Positions 41,602 to 50,370 of a stretch of 64,000 nt of DNA are shown one piece after another (within the stretch, counting starts at the first letter, position 1; the number at the start of each line of letters is the position of its first letter). The stretch covers positions 310,001 through 374,000 of IMG/VR virus record IMGVR_UViG_3300021057_000274. One strand, 5' to 3'. The notes beneath the pieces were generated by a model. The model searched no databases, was not told the DNA's origin, and saw only the letters and a list, made by a program, of their open reading frames with translations. The position numbers were made by a program, and so were the translations under genes.

Positions 41602-42282
41602 TTAGACGGCTTGCACGTCTGAAAAGCGCGAGAGCATGCCGATGTTTCGATGGAAGAGGAAGACGTAGGTTAAGTCGCTGAGCGACTCGGGGTCATTGTC
41701 GAGAAGGGAGAACATGAACGTCAGCTTGACCTTGCGCCCGCAAACGTCAGCGTCTAGCTGAAGCTCGACCTCTGGCTCGAGGGCACCCGGGAGCGCCTCC
41801 TTGAAGACTCGATTGCACTCCGTGAACTTCTTACCGTTGGTAAACTTGGAAGCTTGATCGATGATCTTTTGAGAGAGCTCGGCAAAGAAGCTGGGGCTAA
41901 AGCGAATCTCGTTCTCCCCGTCGGCCACTTGATTGATCACGTCGCAGATCCGCTTTCCGACCGCTGCCCCCTCCTCGATGCCGAGAAGCTTCTCTCCGGT
42001 CTTGTTTAGCTGAATGACGTTGCCTTGATGATCGACCAGGAGAACTCCCTCATGTAGCTTCTTGGTGATCGAGGTAAGTGACTTCTTGGCGACCTTCAGC
42101 TCCTTCTTGAGCTTCCCAACCAGATCGACGGACAGTTGCTTCGTTTCAGAGACGGCGATCTCGAGCTGGGAATTGACTCTCTCAACCTCCTCAAGCTTCC
42201 TCTTGATCTCCTCACGCTTCTTGCTCATCACCTCGAAGGTGACGTCTTTCTGAGATGGTTTAGATCCTCTGAAAGCGAACAT
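41602..42282 (-). CDS. Coiled-coil plus PAS-domain protein
   Basis: LHEGVLLVDHQGNVIQLNKTGEKLLG...AVGKRI is a canonical PAS N-terminal motif. Confidence 0.75.
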   Translation of the reverse strand: MFAFRGSKPSQKDVTFEVMSKKREEIKRKLEEVERVNSQLEIAVSETKQLSVDLVGKLKKELKVAKKSLTSITKKLHEGVLLVDHQGNVIQLNKTGEKLLGIEEGAAVGKRICDVINQVADGENEIRFSPSFFAELSQKIIDQASKFTNGKKFTECNRVFKEALPGALEPEVELQLDADVCGRKVKLTFMFSLLDNDPESLSDLTYVFLFHRNIGMLSRFSDVQAV

Positions 42283-42298
42283 TTTCTCTGTACTCCCT

Positions 42299-42577
42299 TT
42301 AGATCTTAGCCCCGATCGCCGCGACAAGAACCTTGATCTCGTTGATCGCTTGAACCACGGTCAACTGCCCAGCTTGATACTTCTCGATCACTTCTAGCAT
42401 GTCCTCTTGCTGTTCCATGAGCTTGTCCATCAGCTCCGTTCTCTCACGGCGATGCACATCCTCACGTTTCCAGCTTAAGTACCCTAGAGCTGCAGTGATC
42501 AAGAGCAAGATCGCTGTAACCGCAGGTCCTGCCTGCAAGATAGGCATCAGCAGGGCGCTGATTAATTCCTCTACCAT
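42299..42577 (-). CDS. Small membrane protein, holin-like
   Basis: Hydrophobic N-terminal half then coiled coil; TAAATA on the minus strand at 42615-42620. Confidence 0.5.
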   Translation of the reverse strand: MVEELISALLMPILQAGPAVTAILLLITAALGYLSWKREDVHRRERTELMDKLMEQQEDMLEVIEKYQAGQLTVVQAINEIKVLVAAIGAKI

Positions 42578-42688
42578 TTTGACTCCTCTGCAGGCTATGG
42601 TGCGTTTGACATTCTATTTAATCTTTTCCAGCGGAGCTGGTCCAAAATGAATTTACTCTATGAGAAAAGTAGGATACAATCTCTCTCA

Positions 42689-43159
42689 ATGGGAATCATC
42701 AGAGACGGCGGAGTTAGCTTGCGGAGACTCCTCCATAACGGATCCAAGACGCCAAACGTCAACGGTTACACCACGCTGATCGGTGCCGGGACCATCTTCC
42801 GCGGTAACATTACCTTTCTCAAGTCGATCAGGATCGAGGGACAGATGTACGGCTCGGTGAAGAGCACCGACGGCACCGTGGTCATCGCGGGCGACGGGCT
42901 CGTCGAGGGGCCAGTTCATGCTCAGCACATCTTCCTCAAGGACAACGCAGTTGTGAAGGGTGAGGTCATCGCAGGCACCGGACTCAATCTTGAGAGCGGT
43001 GCCCGAATCAACGGGGACGTTACCTGCGCGGCGATTCAGATCGACAGAGGCGCGCAGGTCAATGGCAAGATAACGATGACAGATCCGACACAGGTCAAGT
43101 GGCCGCGTGGGCCTGTTGGCGCAGAAGGTGCAGAGGCGAAGTCGTACACTCCGCTTTGA
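42689..43159 (+). CDS. Bactofilin (polymer-forming cytoskeletal protein)
   Basis: TLIGAGTIFRGNI...IRIEG...VEG.V...V.G.V....LNL.SGARINGDV....IQID.GAQVNGKITM. Confidence 0.88.
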   Translation: MGIIRDGGVSLRRLLHNGSKTPNVNGYTTLIGAGTIFRGNITFLKSIRIEGQMYGSVKSTDGTVVIAGDGLVEGPVHAQHIFLKDNAVVKGEVIAGTGLNLESGARINGDVTCAAIQIDRGAQVNGKITMTDPTQVKWPRGPVGAEGAEAKSYTPL

Positions 43160-43244
43160 AGCGGTAGTAAATACCGCAAGGACAGCAGCACAGCATCCCC
43201 CTCGCTGGGGATCAATGTAGTAAAGCAGGAAAGCAACACGCAAG

Positions 43245-45170
43245 ATGGGCATTCTCGAGTCGTTCTCCAAGGAATATCAAGAGAAGTACGCAGAAAAAGA
43301 ATCAATCTCGCTCGAGGAATACCTCGAGGTCTGCAAGACCGATCCGATGTCCTATGCCTCTCCCGCGCAGAGGATGCTCAAGGCGATCGGCGAGGCCGAG
43401 ATGGTCGACACCCGCTCCGACCCGCGGATGTCGAAGGTCTTCAGCAACAAGGTCATCAAGATCTATCCGGCCTTTCGTGACTTTTACGGGATGGAGGAGA
43501 CGATCGAGAACATCGTCTCCTACTTCAAGCACTCCGCCCAGGGGCTTGAGGAAGCCAAGCAAGTGCTCTACCTGCTCGGTCCAGTCGGAGGCGGTAAGTC
43601 TTCCCTCGCTGAAAAGCTAAAGGAGCTGATGGAGGTCATTCCGGTCTACGTCTTGGACGGATCCCCGGTCTTTGAAAATCCCCTCGGCCTCTTCGCGCAA
43701 AAGGAAGATTACATCCGCGCGCTCGAGCGCGACTTCAAGATTCCGCGCACTGCGATCCGCACGATTCCCTCCCCGTGGGCGCTCGAGAAGCTGAAGGAGC
43801 ACGGCGGTGACATCTCGAAGTTTCGCGTGCGCAAGATGTATCCGTCGCGTCTTCGTCAGGAGTGCATCTCGCGCGTTGAGGCTGGCGATCGCAACAATCA
43901 AGACATCTCGGCCCTGGTGGGGGAGGTCGACATGCGGATGGTCGGGAAGTTAGCCCAGAACCATCCATACGCCTACTCTTACTCTGGCGGACTCTGCCGC
44001 GGCAACGGCGGCATCATGGAGTTCATGGAGATGTTCAAGGCGGACCTTGAGATTCTCAATCCGATTCTCGCGGCGACTCAGGATCGCTACTACGCTGGCA
44101 CTAAGCCGATCGGTAGCATCCCCTTCGACGGCATCATCCTCGCCCACTCGAACGAGTCGGAGTGGAAGGCCTTCAAGGAGGACAAGACCAACGAGGCGTT
44201 TCTCGATCGGGTCTACATCGTCAAGGTGCCGTATTGCAAGCGCCGCACCGAGGAGATCAAGATCTACGAGAAGCTCCTCAACAACTCGGAGCTCTCTCGC
44301 GCACCCTGCGCGCCCGGAACTCTTCGCCTCTTGGCTGAGTTCTGCGTGATGAGTCGCCTGGCCGATCCGGAGAACTCGGCGCTCTACTCGAAGATGCGGG
44401 TCTATGACGGCGAGAACATCAAGAACGATGACCCGAAGGCGAAGCCTCTTCAAGAATATAAGGATGACGCCGGAGTGAACGAGGGCATGAACGGGCTGTC
44501 GACGCGCTTCGCGTTCAAGGTTCTCTCCAAAGCCTTCAACTACCCGACGGAGGAGGTCGCGGCTGACCCGATTCACCTGATGTACATCCTCAAGCAGAGC
44601 ATCGCTGAGGAGGAGTTCGAGAACGAGGGTGAGCTCTTGGAGGTGCTTGACGGCGTCCTTCACGACAAGTACCTCGAGTCGCTCGAGAAGGACATCAGGG
44701 CGTCATTTTTGGACAGCTTCCCGGAGCTCTGCCAGAACGTCTTCGACACGTACTTCTACTACGCCGACGCGTGGGTTCAGGAGCAAGACTACCGCGACCC
44801 GTCGACCGGGACGATGATGGACCGCGAGGTGCTCAACGCTGAGCTGTCGAAGATCGAGAAGCCAGCCGACATCGCGAACCCGAAGGACTTTCGTCAAGAC
44901 ATCACAAACTTCGTGATTCGCTACCGTGCGGCGAACAAGGGCAAGCTGCCGCGCTGGAACGAGTACGAGAAGATGCGCCAGGTGATCGAGAAGAAGGTCC
45001 TCCTCTCGACCGACGAGATCCTGCCGGTCATCTCCTTCGGCCCGAAGCGCTCCGACAAGGAGAAGAAGGAGCACGATCAGTTCGTCGGCAAGATGAAGGC
45101 CCGCGGTTACACCGAGCGGCAGACGCGCTTCCTGTGCGACTGGTTCATGCGGAATCGCAAGGCCTCGTGA
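43245..45170 (+). CDS. prkA: PrkA/YeaG AAA+ protein
   Basis: LLGPVGGGKSS, NNQDIS.LVG, YSGGLC, AHSNESEW, GLSTRFAFK; TAAATA at 43168-43173. Confidence 0.95.
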   Translation: MGILESFSKEYQEKYAEKESISLEEYLEVCKTDPMSYASPAQRMLKAIGEAEMVDTRSDPRMSKVFSNKVIKIYPAFRDFYGMEETIENIVSYFKHSAQGLEEAKQVLYLLGPVGGGKSSLAEKLKELMEVIPVYVLDGSPVFENPLGLFAQKEDYIRALERDFKIPRTAIRTIPSPWALEKLKEHGGDISKFRVRKMYPSRLRQECISRVEAGDRNNQDISALVGEVDMRMVGKLAQNHPYAYSYSGGLCRGNGGIMEFMEMFKADLEILNPILAATQDRYYAGTKPIGSIPFDGIILAHSNESEWKAFKEDKTNEAFLDRVYIVKVPYCKRRTEEIKIYEKLLNNSELSRAPCAPGTLRLLAEFCVMSRLADPENSALYSKMRVYDGENIKNDDPKAKPLQEYKDDAGVNEGMNGLSTRFAFKVLSKAFNYPTEEVAADPIHLMYILKQSIAEEEFENEGELLEVLDGVLHDKYLESLEKDIRASFLDSFPELCQNVFDTYFYYADAWVQEQDYRDPSTGTMMDREVLNAELSKIEKPADIANPKDFRQDITNFVIRYRAANKGKLPRWNEYEKMRQVIEKKVLLSTDEILPVISFGPKRSDKEKKEHDQFVGKMKARGYTERQTRFLCDWFMRNRKAS

Positions 45171-45601
45171 ACGATGAAGCTCTCTCCTCTGAGGTCACTG
45201 ATCTAGAGGACAGTGACCTCAGAGAATTTGAGATGCTTCTAGGCTCGAACATCCAACCGTCGCACGTCGACGTCGGCGGCGAGCATCCGGTGCAACTCGG
45301 TGAGATCGTTTGCGGCGCGCAAAAACAGAGCGGGCTCTCTGTCAAGCAGTGGAACGCGCTCCCCTCGGATGAGCGAGAGGCCTACATTCAAGATGAGATC
45401 TTCAGGCGAGTCCTCAAGAATTTTCACGATGCTCTGCAGCTAGATCCGGCACCTCGTGAGGTGTCCCCAGATCTTCTCAAGTTGATCACGATCGAGACCC
45501 GCCAAGCTTCACCTCCAGATCTTCACGGAGAAGCTCTCGAGAAGCTCAAGGCCCAGACGTGACGATTTTACTTGAGCTCAGTTTCCTGATAAAATAGCTC
45601 A

Positions 45602-46249
45602 ATGAACTTTCGCGTCATCTCTGGCGGACAGACCGGCGCGGACCTAGCAGGGCTCTGGGTCGGTAAGCTTCTCGGTCTCGAGACCGGCGGCACTGCCCCG
45701 GGAGAGTTCATGACCCTCGACGGCCCCAAGCCTGAGTTAGGGAGAAACTTTGGCCTGGTTGAGGGACCAGCTGGCTACCGTGATCGAACCCGCACCAACG
45801 TTAACGACGCGGACGTCACCCTCATCTTCTCGAGGAACATGGCGTCGCCCGGCACCGTTCTCACCGTCAATTCAGCCATCAAGGCGCACAAACCTTATTT
45901 TGCGATCAAGGATACGAGGTCGCCCGGAGAGTCGTTGAAGAGCTTCTGGTGCGCCGACAATTGCCCTATCACCGCGCAGGCCGCGGCCCAATTCATCACT
46001 AACCTCTGTGACGTCAAGAAGCTGACTAGCGAGCTAGTGACGATCAACGTCGCTGGCAACGCTACCAAGAACGCGCAAGAAGCTTACGAGTTTGCGTTCA
46101 TGGGTCTCATTCACGTCTTCATGATGCTCCGCCATGACTTGATGCCGTGGCGTGTCGGCGAGATCTCGATTTCAGACTGGCTCGTCATCGCTCGGGCGAC
46201 GAAGGACCAGTACGAGCTCGCCGGGGAAGTCGCTGAGGTACTAGCATGA
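45602..46249 (+). CDS. SLOG-superfamily (YpsA/putative Mo-carrier-like) protein
   Basis: ISGGQTGAD.AGL...GG.AP...Y..RT..NV.DAD.TL...SPGT...INVAGN. Confidence 0.8.
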   Translation: MNFRVISGGQTGADLAGLWVGKLLGLETGGTAPGEFMTLDGPKPELGRNFGLVEGPAGYRDRTRTNVNDADVTLIFSRNMASPGTVLTVNSAIKAHKPYFAIKDTRSPGESLKSFWCADNCPITAQAAAQFITNLCDVKKLTSELVTINVAGNATKNAQEAYEFAFMGLIHVFMMLRHDLMPWRVGEISISDWLVIARATKDQYELAGEVAEVLA

Positions 46250-46980
46250 ACGAGGAGATGGAAGCTGAGATCCAGGGCTCTCTTACCACCTTCCAGGTGC
46301 TGAAGGAGATGCGCACCATGACGCTCGGGCGTCTTGGAGCCCTCAGGGCGTGTCAGGTAGCCGGGCTCGAGCCGTTCTTTCACTTTTTCGACGAGTACAA
46401 TCCCTCTCTCCTCGCGCCCTACCATAACGCGTACCACACGTATTGCCTGGTGCTGAATTGCTTTGAAGGAGCTTTTTACGAGAGGCTCTTCGACGACAAT
46501 CGACGCATCCTCATCCTCGCGGGGCTCTTTCACGACTTTGACCACACCGAGGGCCGCGAGGAGGACAAGGTCAACATCAGAAAGGCGATCTTCGGGTTGT
46601 CGACGGCGAAGAAGTACGCGCGAAACAATCATTGCTTCATCACCGATGAAGAGTTTGAAGTAGCATGCGAGCTCATTCGGGTGACTAAATACCCGTATGA
46701 CAGAGAGCCGGAAACTCCTCTAGAGCGCATCATCCGCGACGCGGATCTGATGCAACCCTATGAGGAAGATCCGACGGTACTCCGGAAGCAGTTTCTGGGG
46801 CTGAAGGCTGAGATCGAGGTGCGGCGTCCCGTCATGACCAACGAGGAGTTCGGCAACGGCCTCCACGCTTGGTACATCGAGCACGCTCACTTTTACTCCC
46901 TCTGGGGTAAAGAGAAACAGCACAAGCTTCACTACGGAGTCCGTCTGGACAACTTGAAGGAGCTTTTGGTTAGGGCGTAG
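46246..46980 (+). CDS. HD-domain phosphohydrolase (PDEase-like)
   Basis: PYHNAYH...GLFHDFDH...IIRDADL. Confidence 0.8.
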   Translation: MNEEMEAEIQGSLTTFQVLKEMRTMTLGRLGALRACQVAGLEPFFHFFDEYNPSLLAPYHNAYHTYCLVLNCFEGAFYERLFDDNRRILILAGLFHDFDHTEGREEDKVNIRKAIFGLSTAKKYARNNHCFITDEEFEVACELIRVTKYPYDREPETPLERIIRDADLMQPYEEDPTVLRKQFLGLKAEIEVRRPVMTNEEFGNGLHAWYIEHAHFYSLWGKEKQHKLHYGVRLDNLKELLVRA

Positions 46981-46982
46981 AC

Positions 46983-48365
46983 TTGGGCTTGACCATCGTT
47001 GATCGGCGGACTGTCACTAGTGACAAGACCACCGAAAACCGGGCGCGGTTTCTACGCAGAATCAAGGGCTCCGTCAAGGAGCAAGTTCGGAAGCTGATCG
47101 CAAGCAGGTCGATCAAGACGCTTGACGGGGCTGGAGGCGTCATCAACATTGATCGCAAGTCGATCCATGAACCGACGATTCACCACGCTCCCGGCGGCAA
47201 CGTCGACTGGGTGCTGCCCGGCAACGTTAAGTGGGTCGAGGGAGACACCATCCCGAAGGAGGAGATCTACGGCGACGGGGACGGTGACGGAGACGACGAT
47301 CAGGCGGGTGACGGCGACGAGACGATCGACGAGAGCCTCGAGGTCGAGCTCACGCGCGAGGAGTTCTTGCAGTACCTCTTCGAGGATCTCGAGCTCCCTG
47401 ACCTTGACGTCACCGAGGTTTCGAAGCTGACTGAGACGATCGTCGAAAACAAGGGCTACTCCAAGGACGGCGCCCCAAATCGGCTGCACCTCTTGAGGTC
47501 GTACAAGGAGTCGCTCACTCGGCGTCTCCCCCTCATCAACTTCATTCAGGACCTCGAAAAGTTCATCGGCGCATTGAAGAGCGCGACAAATCTTGTCGAC
47601 GTTCCCTCGGAGCTGATCAACGACGCCGAGAACTTTGACGTTAAGACGGAGATGCTCGCCGTCGTTGCAGCCACCTCCCTCTCCCGCGAGCTTGAGCTCA
47701 CGTCAGCGGTCCACGTGCTTCTCACGGCGCGCGTCCTCGAGGAGCCGATCTTCGACCAGATGGATCTCAGGTACCGCGCCTCACTGAGGCATGACATCCC
47801 GATCTCCCACGCGACGATGTTCATGATCATGGACGTCTCGGGAAGCATGGGTGAGGAGGAGCGCCAGGTTGCTCGCGCCTTCTTCTGGATCCTGTACAAC
47901 TTCCTCAAGAAGCAATACGGTGAAGATAAGGTCGTCGACCGCTACATCATTCACACCACCGAGGCTCGTGAGGTCGAGGAGGATGAGTTCTTCGACACTC
48001 GCGCGTCAGGCGGCACGACGGTGTCGACCGCGCTCGACCTGATCTCCGAGATCATCCAGAGCGAGGGGCTTGAGGCCCAGACTAACATCTACATCGCGCA
48101 GATCTCGGACGGAGACAACGCCGAGGAGGACAACGGTACCTGCACCGAGATTCTCGAGGACGACCTCCTGCCTAAGATCCGTTATTTTGCGTACATCCAG
48201 GTCGACGACCACAACTCGGTACCGTCCTCGTACACCGACAAGATGTGGCGCTCGTACGAGATCGTGTCACAGAAAAATCCCAAGCTCCAGATGAAGCGCG
48301 TGTTTAGCCAGAAGGACATCTGGCACGTGTTTCGGGAGCTCTTTCAGAAGAGAGGTAGCAAGTGA
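46983..48365 (+). CDS. yeaH: YeaH/YhbH vWA protein
   Basis: IVDRR...NRARFLRR, VLPGN, FEDLELP, MDVSGSM, SGGT.VS, SDGDN. Confidence 0.93.
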   Translation: MGLTIVDRRTVTSDKTTENRARFLRRIKGSVKEQVRKLIASRSIKTLDGAGGVINIDRKSIHEPTIHHAPGGNVDWVLPGNVKWVEGDTIPKEEIYGDGDGDGDDDQAGDGDETIDESLEVELTREEFLQYLFEDLELPDLDVTEVSKLTETIVENKGYSKDGAPNRLHLLRSYKESLTRRLPLINFIQDLEKFIGALKSATNLVDVPSELINDAENFDVKTEMLAVVAATSLSRELELTSAVHVLLTARVLEEPIFDQMDLRYRASLRHDIPISHATMFMIMDVSGSMGEEERQVARAFFWILYNFLKKQYGEDKVVDRYIIHTTEAREVEEDEFFDTRASGGTTVSTALDLISEIIQSEGLEAQTNIYIAQISDGDNAEEDNGTCTEILEDDLLPKIRYFAYIQVDDHNSVPSSYTDKMWRSYEIVSQKNPKLQMKRVFSQKDIWHVFRELFQKRGSK

Positions 48366-48773
48366 GAGTTGAGATCAGATACTTGAAGTTCGTGTCACAC
48401 GTCAATCGCCCGGTCGCGGTGGGGCAGCTCTGGTCCGTCGAGCAGAACACCGCAGGCGGCAACCAGGAGCTGATCATGGACGATCGGGTAGCGATCCTCC
48501 TCTCGATCATCAAGGAGCGCAACTACGTTCTGGTGAACTCGCAAGAGATCCTCGACCTGATCGTCAGGGTGAACGGATTCGCGGCGTGAAGCTTAGATTG
48601 GTGCGAGAAGAAGGCCCGACCGATGAGCCGTTCAAGTACCCAGCTTCTAAGATGTACTACTATCTCGAGATCATGAACGGAGATAAGGTGGCGGTGACTT
48701 GTGAGCTAGGAGCGGCCCAGTTTCAAAAGTTGAAGAGGCTAGGAGTCAACGTCGTCAAGGAGATCAAGTTCAG

Positions 48774-50303
48774 ATGAGCAAGCTTCTCTTCAAGTGTGAC
48801 GACAACTGGACTGAAGCCATCCTCAAGCGAGCCTGGGAGGAGATCGAAAGGGTCGCGCGAGAGGAGCTCAAGGCCGACTACTACGAGCCTGAGATCCAGA
48901 TCGTCAGCGCGAAGCAGATGCTGAACTCTTACACGTCGGTCGGCATGCCGATCTACTACAACCACTGGTCGTTCGGCAAGGAGTTCGTCAACAGCGAGAA
49001 GGCCTACAAGAAGGGTCACATGAACCTCGCCTACGAGCTAGTGATCAACTCCGACCCCTGCGTCGCCTACCTGATGGAGGAGAACGACGCCCTGATCCAG
49101 ACGCTGGTGATGGCGCATGCCTCGGTCGGCCACTCCGCGGTCTTCAAGAACAACTTTCTCTTCAAGGACAAGACCGACGCGACGGCGATCGTCGATTACC
49201 TCTCGTTCGCGAAGAAGTACGTCAAGATGTGTGAGGAGAAGTACGGGGCTGCGGAGGTCGAGGTGGTGATCGACGCGTGCCACGCGATCATGCGTTACGG
49301 AGTCGACAAGTACAAGAAGCCCCGCAAGCTCAGTCCCGCGCAAGAGGAGACGCGCGCGCTCCAAAAGTTCGAGCAAGAGCTCCAGGACTACGATCACGTT
49401 TGGGAGAAGATCGGCAAGCGTCGCAAGCCAGAGCAGGCGAAGAGAGACGAGTCCTACATGCTCTCGGATCCGGAGGAAAACCTCCTCTACTTTCTCGAGA
49501 AGCAAGCTCCCCATCTCGCTGGCTGGAAGCGTGAGATCATCAGGATCGTCAGGACGATCGCTCAGTACTTCTCGCCTCAGCGCCCGACCCAAGTTGTCAA
49601 CGAGGGTTACGCGACCTTCTGCCACTACTACATCATCAATCGACTCCACGACAAGGGACTGATCGACGGTGGCTCGATGATCGAGTTCTTCTCTGTTCAC
49701 AACAACGTCGTGGCTCAGCGACGCTTGTCGTGGTTCAACCCGTACAAGCTCGGCTTCTCGATCTTTATGGACATCAAGCGGATGTGCGAAAGCCCGACGG
49801 ATGAGGATCGCTTGTACTTTCCTGATCTCGTCGGCCAAAACTGGATCGAGCAGGTCAACTACGCCATGGCTAACTTCAAGGATGAAACCTTCATCCTTCA
49901 GTACCTCTCTCCTAAGGTTGCGCGTGACCTACGGATGTTCGCTTTCAATGACCCGTCGCTCTACTCCCCCGTCTTGACGGTGACCGAGATCAGCAATGAG
50001 CGGAGCTTTCGCGAGCTTCGTGCCAAGCTAGCTGCTCAATATGCGGTCGAGAACCAAACTCCTGACATCCAGATCACGGGCGTCGACTCGAAGGGGTCAC
50101 GCAAGCTGCTCCTCGAGCACTTCGTCAAGAGGAACGCGCGTCCGCTCAATCTTCAAGACGCTAAGAAGGTGGTGAAGTACGTCGCCGATCTCTGGGAGTA
50201 CTCGGTCAGTCTCAAGACGATCAACTACACCGATGAGGGTGATCTCGAGACGGTTAACATCTCTGAGCTCGGAAAGTACTCAAGAAGCCTAGCTGGCGCT
50301 TAA
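48774..50303 (+). CDS. spoVR: SpoVR/YcgB family protein
   Basis: GMPIYYNHWSFGK, LAYELVINSDPC, AHASVGH, NEGYATFCHY, NPYKLGF. Confidence 0.95.
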   Translation: MSKLLFKCDDNWTEAILKRAWEEIERVAREELKADYYEPEIQIVSAKQMLNSYTSVGMPIYYNHWSFGKEFVNSEKAYKKGHMNLAYELVINSDPCVAYLMEENDALIQTLVMAHASVGHSAVFKNNFLFKDKTDATAIVDYLSFAKKYVKMCEEKYGAAEVEVVIDACHAIMRYGVDKYKKPRKLSPAQEETRALQKFEQELQDYDHVWEKIGKRRKPEQAKRDESYMLSDPEENLLYFLEKQAPHLAGWKREIIRIVRTIAQYFSPQRPTQVVNEGYATFCHYYIINRLHDKGLIDGGSMIEFFSVHNNVVAQRRLSWFNPYKLGFSIFMDIKRMCESPTDEDRLYFPDLVGQNWIEQVNYAMANFKDETFILQYLSPKVARDLRMFAFNDPSLYSPVLTVTEISNERSFRELRAKLAAQYAVENQTPDIQITGVDSKGSRKLLLEHFVKRNARPLNLQDAKKVVKYVADLWEYSVSLKTINYTDEGDLETVNISELGKYSRSLAGA

Positions 50304-50309
50304 CTTTCA

Positions 50310-50338
50310 TTTACTTTTGCCCCCAGTGATGATATAAT
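50310..50338 (+). promoter_or_regulatory. Sigma70-like promoter
   Basis: TTTACT-N17-TATAAT followed by TATCGTCAAT. Confidence 0.8.
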
Positions 50339-50370
50339 TCTCTATCGTCAATTTACCTGGAGGCGGGTAA

